Source of the DNA: Centroscyllium fabricii
Lineage: Eukaryota
Length of the DNA: 64,000 nucleotides
Direction: 5' to 3'
Assembly: GCA_051313645.2 (NCBI GenBank)
Contig: JBNRSN020000194.1
Coordinates: 372,001-436,000, forward strand
Shown here piece by piece: positions 52,611-60,697 of this stretch; the stretch's first letter is position 1, and every line of letters starts with the position of its first letter. Position numbers and translations under genes: made by a program. The notes beneath the pieces were generated by a model. It ran no database searches. It saw only the letters and a program-made list of their open reading frames with translations, and was not told the DNA's origin.

Positions 52611-55600
52611 CTATCCCCTGTCAGGGTCGTAGTGGGCCGCTCCCCGTGGCGGTGCCTTGCTGACCCTTCCCTTTGGTTCCCCGCAGCCTGTCGCTGCTTT
52701 TAATTCTCCGCAGCCTGGTGCTGCTTGTCGGGGGTGGATAATTATCCGTTTGCGGGGGCTTTTCCTGTTCCTGAGGGCATATGACGGTTCTGGCCAAGCT
52801 TTCCTGGGCGGGGGTACCCTTTCCGAACGACGGAGGGTGCCTTTAGGTACTGCTCCCTGGGCCGACGAACTGAGGACCGAGCCAGGTTGTGCTGCAGCCT
52901 GTGACTCCCTCACAGCTGCCAGCCCCAACCCCTCTCCCTCCAGCTTCGCTTCCCTGGAACCGAGAGCCCCCTGGTTCGACGACCTGAGGACCGGGCCAGG
53001 TCGTGCTACAGCCTGTGACCCCGTCACATCTGTCAGCATCGACGTTCCCTCCTCACGCCTCGTCGACGAACTGAAGGCCGGGCCGTATCGTGCTGCAGCC
53101 TGTGACTCCTTCACAGCTGCCAGCACCGACCCTCCCTCCTTCAGCTTCGCTTCCCCGGGACTGGGATCTCTTGCGGCTTCTGACCTCACCTCACCTATCT
53201 CCTCAGGTGGTGAGTCTCCGCCCGCTATCCCTACCTCGTCGGCATTTGAGTCGAGAACGGAACCCCCGTCCTCCGACCCCTCCTCCTCCCCTGTGATTGA
53301 CTCTAGCACTGGGTCGCATAGGTCAATCAGGTCCAACCCTTGGTCGGGTTGGCCACTCGGATCCAACACTTGGTCGTGTTGGTCCATCGGATCCAACACT
53401 TGGTCGTGTTGGTCCGGCTCCTCCCCATCTGAATCCCACACAGCACGAGAGACCCTCCTCTCCTCCATCGGGGCCTCTCCTTTCACGCAGGCTACTTTAC
53501 CACCTGCACTTGGCTGGGCGTTCCCACTCACAGGGCTTGCCCCTCTGGTCGACCCCTGCGTGCCCGACTTATACATTTTACATTGGTTTATATGGAACCA
53601 CTTTGTGCGTCGGGGCACCTTCACCGCATAAACCATGGGGCTTGCCTTATCTACAATGCTGTAGGGCCCCATGTACAGTGGCTCTAAACTCCCGACCCGG
53701 GCATAGTTCCTCACCATGACCAGGTCTCCCACTTCCCATTCTTGCGTTCTTCGGGGCTCCAGCAACAGCTTGTTCCCCTGATGCTGTCTGCCCATGTTCC
53801 CTGCTGCCTGCTCGTGTACTCGCTTTAGGTGCTCGAACAGATTTTGGGCAAACCTGTCCTTCTTTACCTCCTCGAGCTGTCCTTCCGTGAGCACCGGAGC
53901 TAGTACATGAGTGGGGGTACGCATGGCCCTTCCAGTCATTAGATCGTGCGGGGAATATCCCGTACTTTTCGACTGGCTGGCCCTGATCCCCATGAGGATT
54001 AAAGGCAGGATCTCCGCCCATTTCTGGGGCGAGCCCATCGCCTCTTTCCTCAACCGTTCCTTAAGGGTACGGTTCATGCGTTCCACAATTCCTGACGACT
54101 GGGGGTTGTGCGCTACGTGCCATTTTCCTTCAATGCCTAAGAGCATGAGGGTGTTCTGCATGACCTGGCCGGTGAAGTGACTCCCCTGGTCGGACTCCAC
54201 AAAACGGGGAAGTCCCCACCGTGAGAACACCTCCCGGACCAAAATCCTGGCAGTACCTAAGGCCGTAGCCGTCCTACAGGGGAAAGCTTCTACCCATTTG
54301 GAGAACACGTCCACCAGGACGAGACAATATTTATAGCCTCCCTGGGCGGTGGGTAAGGGCCCTATATAGTCGACTTGGATCGACTGCCACGGTCCCTCCA
54401 CCCTCCTGACGTGCCCCATCTGCGCTTTCCTTCTTTGGGGGTCTGGGTTGTTCGCAGCGCACACCAGGCAGCTAGCGCAGAACTCTCGGGCATCTTCCCT
54501 GAGTCCCGGCCACCACCCTGCCTGTTCCACCCGTTGCCAAGTAACCTCTGGCCCGGGGTGCCCTGCTCCTGGACCCTCGTGGGCCAATTGGAGAAATTCC
54601 ATCCTGTGCTGCTGTGGCACAACCCACTGTTCCTCCCTGAACAACATTCCTTCCTTAACGGAGAGGGTCGCCCTATTATATGGGCCCTCTACCTGCTTGT
54701 CCTCACTAATAGCTTTGAGGACAGCTTTTAAAACGGGATCCTGGTTTTGGACCGTTTTGAGATCCAAAGGCAAGGGAACCCTGGGGCGGTTCCCCTCCTT
54801 GTCCCGGATCGCTGCCACAGGTCCGGACCCGTAGGGGTCCCAGAAAGTGCCTTCACGAGCACCCTCCTTGGCCAGCGCATCCGCCCGCTGATTGCCTCCC
54901 CCACGTGGTTCCGTGGAAGAGTGAGCCTTCACCTTGTGGATGAAGATCTCCCCTTCTTCCCCTACTGCCGCTAGGATCTTCTCCAACAAGGGCTTTACCG
55001 TTAATGGCCGCCCGTCCGCGGAAGTGTACCCGCGACGTGACCATATGGCCAGATACTCCGTGCACGAGTTGCACGTAAACATACTATCAGAGCAAATTGT
55101 GTACGGGGTTGGGAAGATCTCGGGGTGGGTTACCACGTACGCCACCGCCGACAGCTCGGCCTGCTGCGCGCTCATGGTGCGGGGAAGCTTAACCGCCAAG
55201 GCAATGTCTGCCGTAGGGTCAAAAATCCCGCAGCCCGTGAGTCGTTCGCCAGCCACCACCGTGCTGGAACCATCAACATAGATCTCGCGGCCCGTGGGAT
55301 GTATCCCGGCTCGCAGACCTATGTTCACCTCCCATACCCCCTCCACGGAACACCGATGGGTCGTTCCGGGGTACATCAAATTTGCTGCGAGCTTAGGCTC
55401 GCACAAACCCTCCACTTTTAAATCCATTTGGGACAACAGAAGAGTCCAGCGCGCAATTCTCGCGCTGCTCACGGTCCCATCCTTTATCCTCCCATCCAGA
55501 AGCATCCTGGTGGGCGTGTGGTGGGTGAGGAGAGTAATGGGAGAGGTTCCCGTGAAGATTAATGATCTCTTCACGGCCCAATGCGTGGCTAAGAGATGCC

Positions 55601-57233
55601 GTTCGCAGTTGGAGAACCCCCTCTCTACCTCCGTGAGTACCCTTGAGGAATACACCACCGGTCGCAGCTTGCCGTGCCGCTCTTGGAGCAGCACCGCGCT
55701 CAAGCTGTCCTCGCCGGCTGCTACCTCCAGGGAAAACTCCTTCCCCCCCTCTATGGCCCCCAGGGCTGGCGCGGTTTGCAAGTCCCTTTTCAACTTTTCA
55801 AACGCCGCCTGGCAGCCCTCATCCCATGACCACCCAACTCCCTTATGTAAGAGTCGGAGCAGCGGAGCTTCTGTGGCTGCATAGTCCTCAATGAAGTCTC
55901 TGCAATAGCCGGTCAATCCCAAAAAGGACCTCACACCCTTTACGGTGGTCGGGATCGGTAGCTCCTGTACCGACTCCCTTCTGGCTTTATCTATGGCCCT
56001 TTCCCCCGCGCGGATGGTCAGACCCAGAAACTTTACTTCTGTCTGGCCAATCCGTGCCTTCTTCGGGTTTATTTTAAAACCCTTCCTAGCCAGTAATTCC
56101 AGCAGCTCGCCTAGCAATGGCAAGTGCTCATCCCTCGTGTCCGTGAACAGGAGTAAGTCGTCCACATAATGCACTATTTGATTGGGCTGACTAAACTCCT
56201 TTAAACTCCCTGCCATACACTGGTGGAAAATACTGGGGCTGTTGTGGAAGCCTTGCGGCAAACAATTCCACGTGTACTGCTGCCCTTTAAACGTAAAGGC
56301 AAACTTGTACTGATCCTCCCTCCGCAGCGGGATGGACCAAAACCCGTTGGAAATATCCAACACCGTAAACACCGTGGCGGAAGCGGGAATACTCCCGATC
56401 AGGTCGGCAACTGCTGCCACCGTGGGCGCGCAGGCGGGGATGTTACTGTTGAGGACCCGATAATCCACCGTGGCTCTCCATGAGTTGTCTGGCTTCCGTA
56501 CGGGCCACAACGGAGAGTTCACATGGGTGGCTATCGGCCTCAACACGCCCTGCCGCACCAGTGAAGACATCGCTGTCTCCAGATCGGACTCCGCTTCCTT
56601 AGGGAAGTTATACTGTTTCTGGGGTCGGGACATGGGATCCCCCTGTACGCTAACCTCAAACCCTAAGACCCTCCCGCAATCGTGCTTGTGGGTCGCAAAG
56701 GCGTTTATATTCCACGTTACGGCCGCCTGCATGTCGGCCGGAACCCCTTTGGACAAACTATCGAGGTCGTAACCTCCGGACGGCTTCATGGTGCATAGGG
56801 TCCCCTTTTCTTCTTCCTCCCCTATGACCACAACTTCACCTCTTCCACTTTCGGCTGCCCATAAACAGTGGTTCCTTAGGTCGATCATGATCCCGTGTGC
56901 TCCCAGAAAATCTGCTCCTACTATACCTCTGCCACCTCCTTCTTCCCATTTCAGTAGGATGCACTCCCAAGTGGTGTGGAGCGCTCCTAACTGAATGGAG
57001 AGTGGCCTAGAGCGCGCGCCCCCCTGTTCCTTGCCCGTAAACCCTGCTAATGCAAAAGGGACTCCGGTGGACATTGGGGAATTAAACGGCTTCTCTGTAT
57101 GGATCACGGTGCATGAGGCCCCCGTATCCAACAGATAATTCCCCTCCTGTCTCTCCACCTCCATTTCCACCAGAGGTCTCCTCCATGCATCATAACGGAG
57201 CGGACACAGGTAAATGGGCAGCGCGGGTCTTAG
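52611..57233 (-). CDS. pol: Pol polyprotein: protease, RT, tether, RNase H, integrase with GPY/F and a long C-terminal tail; in frame with gag
   Basis: LLDTGAS; NSPLWPVRKPD, LDISNGFW, LPQGFHNSP, YVDD (56157-56168); degenerate RH-like tether LEVAA...CERHLLA; RNase H YVDGS, AQQAEL, CSDS, KVKAHS, GNQRADALAK; IN HHCC, VDYIGP, SDQGSHF, GIVERMN, GPY. No stops from 57233 to the end. Confidence 0.95.
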   Translation of the reverse strand, partial: LRPALPIYLCPLRYDAWRRPLVEMEVERQEGNYLLDTGASCTVIHTEKPFNSPMSTGVPFALAGFTGKEQGGARSRPLSIQLGALHTTWECILLKWEEGGGRGIVGADFLGAHGIMIDLRNHCLWAAESGRGEVVVIGEEEEKGTLCTMKPSGGYDLDSLSKGVPADMQAAVTWNINAFATHKHDCGRVLGFEVSVQGDPMSRPQKQYNFPKEAESDLETAMSSLVRQGVLRPIATHVNSPLWPVRKPDNSWRATVDYRVLNSNIPACAPTVAAVADLIGSIPASATVFTVLDISNGFWSIPLRREDQYKFAFTFKGQQYTWNCLPQGFHNSPSIFHQCMAGSLKEFSQPNQIVHYVDDLLLFTDTRDEHLPLLGELLELLARKGFKINPKKARIGQTEVKFLGLTIRAGERAIDKARRESVQELPIPTTVKGVRSFLGLTGYCRDFIEDYAATEAPLLRLLHKGVGWSWDEGCQAAFEKLKRDLQTAPALGAIEGGKEFSLEVAAGEDSLSAVLLQERHGKLRPVVYSSRVLTEVERGFSNCERHLLATHWAVKRSLIFTGTSPITLLTHHTPTRMLLDGRIKDGTVSSARIARWTLLLSQMDLKVEGLCEPKLAANLMYPGTTHRCSVEGVWEVNIGLRAGIHPTGREIYVDGSSTVVAGERLTGCGIFDPTADIALAVKLPRTMSAQQAELSAVAYVVTHPEIFPTPYTICSDSMFTCNSCTEYLAIWSRRGYTSADGRPLTVKPLLEKILAAVGEEGEIFIHKVKAHSSTEPRGGGNQRADALAKEGAREGTFWDPYGSGPVAAIRDKEGNRPRVPLPLDLKTVQNQDPVLKAVLKAISEDKQVEGPYNRATLSVKEGMLFREEQWVVPQQHRMEFLQLAHEGPGAGHPGPEVTWQRVEQAGWWPGLREDAREFCASCLVCAANNPDPQRRKAQMGHVRRVEGPWQSIQVDYIGPLPTAQGGYKYCLVLVDVFSKWVEAFPCRTATALGTARILVREVFSRWGLPRFVESDQGSHFTGQVMQNTLMLLGIEGKWHVAHNPQSSGIVERMNRTLKERLRKEAMGSPQKWAEILPLILMGIRASQSKSTGYSPHDLMTGRAMRTPTHVLAPVLTEGQLEEVKKDRFAQNLFEHLKRVHEQAAGNMGRQHQGNKLLLEPRRTQEWEVGDLVMVRNYARVGSLEPLYMGPYSIVDKASPMVYAVKVPRRTKWFHINQCKMYKSGTQGSTRGASPVSGNAQPSAGGKVACVKGEAPMEERRVSRAVWDSDGEEPDQHDQVLDPMDQHDQVLDPSGQPDQGLDLIDLCDPVLESITGEEEGSEDGGSVLDSNADEVGIAGGDSPPEEIGEVRSEAARDPSPGEAKLKEGGSVLAAVKESQAAARYGPAFSSSTRREEGTSMLTDVTGSQAVARPGPVLRSSNQGALGSREAKLEGEGLGLAAVRESQAAAQPGSVLSSSAQGAVPKGTLRRSERVPPPRKAWPEPSYALRNRKSPRKRIIIHPRQAAPGCGELKAATGCGEPKGRVSKAPPRGAAHYDPDRG

Positions 57234-58751
57234 TCATTGGGTTTCCACGTGAGGGGCTGCGGTGCCTGCGGAACCGGTGGCCACCGCTGCCTTCCCCTGG
57301 GAAGTCATATACAACTTCATGGCCCCCAGCGTGGACTCAATCGTCTCGGGACTTAAGGTTGCCCCGGCACCTCCTGTGGGAGCGGGTGCTCGGGTTGGGG
57401 CTACCTTCCCCTGGGAAGTCATATAAAACTTCATGGCTTCCAGCATGGACTCAATTGTTTCGGGACTTAGAGTGGCGCCGGCACCTCCTGTGGGAGTGGG
57501 TGCTCGGGCTGGGGCTGCGGGAGCTCTTTCCTTGACCTCCCTCCACGGGGCTCTACAGTCTCTGCGCCAGTGACCTGCCTTCCCGCATCTGTGACATGTA
57601 GACTGCCCCGGGTTGCCCCCCTCCTGATACCACTCTCTCTGCGCTGGGGCGTTTGCGTTAGTCGCATACACCTTCCCCTTATCGCAGTGCATCACCGAAC
57701 TCCTTGTATTTTTATACCCAACCGTGAGTCGGTTGAGGACCGTCTCCTCTGTGGTTAGAGCATCGGTGGTGTCAAACCACACCTTCGCCTGCTCTCTAAC
57801 GGCGGGTAGGCTGTTGGCAACGATACACCGGAGCCACTGGGCTCTCCCGGCATCACGCAAAACAGCCCGTGCAGGTACATCTGGGCAGCTGCGCTGATAC
57901 ACAGGCCACAGCCTCCCGGCGAAAACCCGTGGGGGTTCTCCCTCCATCTGCACGGTCCTACCCAGCCTTACAAACGGACCTTCATCGTCCATCCCTAATA
58001 TTTCTAGGACCTCGTCCCGCAGGTCGTTATAACAATTCTCCCCCCTTTTGCTCTCGTCAGAGAGACACTGAAGGATAGAGCTATCCAACGAGAAAAGCAA
58101 CATCCTGGCTTGCTCCCCTTCGTCACAGCCGTTAATTGCTGCGGCCTGTTCGACCTCTCTAAAATGCAGGGACGGATCGCCTGCTGCGGACAGCTTCTTA
58201 AAATGCCCTATCATGCTCCTTATCTGTTGCGAGCTATGGGGCACTATAACCTCATTCAGGACGGGCCCGGGATCCCCAGCCGCAGTGTCGGGACCCCGCC
58301 TCGTCTCTCGAACCGGACACATGGGTGCCGGGTCTGGATTCCCCACTTTGGGAACCTTTGCCGCCACCTCCTCTCTGTCCCCTTTCTCCCATGCTTGCGT
58401 ATAGTGGGGTGATCGCGCGGGGAGCGCGGGGGCTGGTGCCTCCGGCGCCCTCCTCCTTAACTTTGGCTTCGGGGGTTCCTGAGCTACCTTTACCTCACCC
58501 ACCGATGGGTCGATGAGGCACACCAGACCATTTGACCTGTTCAGGGCCTCCCTGAGGTCCTGAATCTCCTTTAAACAGGCGCTATGATCGGCGTCCTCAT
58601 ATTTGGCCTCGAGGGACATTTTGTATGCTGCCCTCATCCCCAGTAAATCCTCCTCCTGTGCCTTCAATTGGCCACTTAGGCGGACGCACCTTTCCCTGAG
58701 CTTCCCTTCACTTGACATGGCCTCTACGACTTGTCTTTCTAGGAGCTCAAC
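57234..58751 (-). CDS. gag: Gag, C-terminal 505 aa (coiled coil, capsid-like region, CCHC knuckle)
   Basis: CHRCGKAGHWRRDC knuckle; lies upstream of pol; joins 60291-60695 in frame once the hAT insert is removed. Confidence 0.9.
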   Translation of the reverse strand, partial: VELLERQVVEAMSSEGKLRERCVRLSGQLKAQEEDLLGMRAAYKMSLEAKYEDADHSACLKEIQDLREALNRSNGLVCLIDPSVGEVKVAQEPPKPKLRRRAPEAPAPALPARSPHYTQAWEKGDREEVAAKVPKVGNPDPAPMCPVRETRRGPDTAAGDPGPVLNEVIVPHSSQQIRSMIGHFKKLSAAGDPSLHFREVEQAAAINGCDEGEQARMLLFSLDSSILQCLSDESKRGENCYNDLRDEVLEILGMDDEGPFVRLGRTVQMEGEPPRVFAGRLWPVYQRSCPDVPARAVLRDAGRAQWLRCIVANSLPAVREQAKVWFDTTDALTTEETVLNRLTVGYKNTRSSVMHCDKGKVYATNANAPAQREWYQEGGNPGQSTCHRCGKAGHWRRDCRAPWREVKERAPAAPARAPTPTGGAGATLSPETIESMLEAMKFYMTSQGKVAPTRAPAPTGGAGATLSPETIESTLGAMKLYMTSQGKAAVATGSAGTAAPHVETQ

Positions 58752-59010
58752 CCTAGCTTCAGTGTTGTCCGTGAGCGCGCTAAATGAGCGCGCGTTCACG
58801 AACGCGTTCACATTTTCGTGAACGCTGAACGAGCGCGCTCTTTCCCAGCAGCCTGAGCGAAAACGTGAGCGCCGCTCTGTTTGGAGTGAGTGAGCGGCGC
58901 TCTTCACGAGTCTGAATCGCTGCTGCTTGGGTCGGCGTCTCCAAGCCATCGGGACGGTAAGTGTCTGTCTCTGCACTGACTGCTCTGCGGGACTTTGCTT
59001 TGCAAAAAAA

Positions 59011-59610
59011 TCTCTCTCTCTCTCTCGGGGAGAGGAGAGAGAGACCGGCGGGCGGGGAGAGAGACGGGCGGGGAGGGGGGAGGGAGAGAGAGACGGACGG
59101 GCGGGCGGGGGGGGGGAGGGAGAGAGAGACGGGCGGGGGGGGGGGAGGGGGAGAGAGACGGGCGGGGGGGGGGAGGGGGAGAGAGACGGGCGGGGGGGGG
59201 GAGGGGGAGAGAGACGGGCGGGGGGGGGAGGGGGAGAGAGACGGGCGGGGGGGGGAGAGAGACGGGCGGGGGGGGGGAGAGAGACGGGCGGGGGGGGGGA
59301 GAGAGAGACGGGCGGGGGGGGGGAGAGAGAGACGGGCGGGGGGGGGGGGAGAGAGAGAGGGGGGGGGGAGGGGAGAGAGAGAGAGGGGGGGGGGAGGGAG
59401 AGAGAGAGACGGGGGGGTGAGAGAGAGACGGGGGGGGGTGAGAGAGAGAGAGGGGGGGGAGGAGAGAGAGAGAGGGGGAGGAGAGAGAGAGAGAGGGGGA
59501 GGAGAGAGAGGGGGGGAGGAGAGAGAGAGAGGGAGGGGGGGAGAGAGGGAGGGGGGGGAGAGAAACACGGGGGGGGGGAAGAGACAAGGGGGGGGTGTCT
59601 CTCTCTCTCT
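59011..59610. repeat. G/A-rich minisatellite (GAGAGACGGGCG+n)
   Basis: About 600 bp of G runs and GA dinucleotides bracketed by (TC)n tracts. Confidence 0.95.
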
Positions 59611-60004
59611 CATATTTAGAAAGATAGGAGCAGGAGTCGGCCATTCAGCCCTTTGAGCCTGCTCCACCATTCAATGAGACCATGGCTGATCATCCAAACC
59701 CTGTAACCCACCCCTGCCCTCTCCCCATTATCCCTCGATCCCTATCGAGCCTGCACTGACACATATCCCACCCTATTCCCATATATTCAATCCCCCTAAC
59801 ACTAAGGGTCAGTTTATCATGGCCAATCAACCTAACCCTGCACATCTTTGGACTGTGGGAGGAAACCGGAGCACCCGGAGGAAACCCACGCAGACACGGG
59901 GAGAATGTGCAAACTCCACACAGATAGTACCCAAGACTGGATTTGAACCCGGGTCTCCAGTGCTGTGAGACAGCAGTGCTAAGCACTGTGCCACCGTGCC
60001 GCCC
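59611..60004 (-). mobile_element. HE1-type V-SINE inside the hAT element
   Basis: Minus strand GGGCGGCACGGTGGCACAGTG A box, GGTTCAAATCC B box, V-domain and HER1-type tail. Confidence 0.92.
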
Positions 60005-60290
60005 TATATACTCAGCCTGTGTATATACATACAGACAGTTCTCTATATCGGATATTTGTTCCTCCTGCTTCATAATTTGCATTGAGGATGTTCTATTGAA
60101 AAATAATAGCTCGGGGCAGCGCATTAGAAGAAAAGGAAAAAAAAACGAACTTTGAACTAGTTCATTTTTGAGCTGCGAACTTAAGTTCAAAATTCAAAAT
60201 TATGAACTATGAACTTGAACTAGTTCATTTTAAAATGATTGAACTGAACTTTGAGCTAGCTCTTGTTAAGTGTGAACTTTCCCAACACTG

Positions 60291-60695
60291 CCTAGCTTCA
60301 TGGCGGTTGGTCTTCACCTGGCGCTCATTATTTAGAGCCTCTAGCGCGGTGATTAACCGCTGCCCCCCTGAGACCTTTTCCTCCACTTCTAGGACTAACC
60401 CTTTTATCTGCGCGGTCTGCGCCGCAATCACCTGGTCCGAAAGCTGGACCTGCCTTTTATAACACATAAGCCATACGGCTTTCTCTACGGCCTTTTTATG
60501 CCCCTTGCTACCCGTCCAACGGATAGCTGCATCCAGTGGGCGTTTGTCTGCCAACAGGTCCCCAATCCACTGCTTTGTTAAATTAACTTTGCTGAATACA
60601 TAATCAGCAATCCTTTCCTCCATTACGCTTCTTTTATTCAAAGCTGAGTCCAATAGATCTCTCTCCTGCTGCCAGCGTCCTTCCGCGGTCGCCAT
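60291..60695 (-). CDS. gag: Gag, N-terminal 135 aa
   Basis: ATG lies 2 nt downstream of the 5' LTR; the frame ends ...NRHEAR at the TSD and resumes VELLERQ at 58751. Confidence 0.85.
60677..60694 (-). promoter_or_regulatory. Primer-binding site, probably tRNA-Arg
   Basis: TGGCGACCGCGGAAGGAC 3 nt after the LTR; resembles the complement of the vertebrate tRNA-Arg(TCG) 3' end as recalled (TGGCGACCACGAAGGGAC), allowing G:U pairs. Confidence 0.7.
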
Positions 60696-60697
60696 TC

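Larger units (their letters stand above)
58760..60290. mobile_element. Non-autonomous hAT DNA transposon (1531 bp) inserted in gag
   Basis: TIR CAGTGTTG...CAACACTG; perfect 8-bp TSD CCTAGCTT (58752-58759, 60291-60298); palindromic subterminal motifs GAACGCGTTC and GAACTAGTTC. Confidence 0.93.

Noticed and set aside
52657-53631. 324-aa antisense ORF opposite the integrase tail
   Set aside because: Non-ATG start and low-complexity mirror of a GC-rich repeat-coding region; no independent support.
58752-58976. First 75 aa of the 580-aa ORF as the true Gag N-terminus
   Set aside because: Apart from the TSD codons, this segment is read from the hAT insert; the real N-terminus is at 60291-60695.
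58780-59670. Pro/Ser-rich and Gly/Arg/Glu-rich ORFs
   Set aside because: Translations of the G/A minisatellite, open in nearly all frames.
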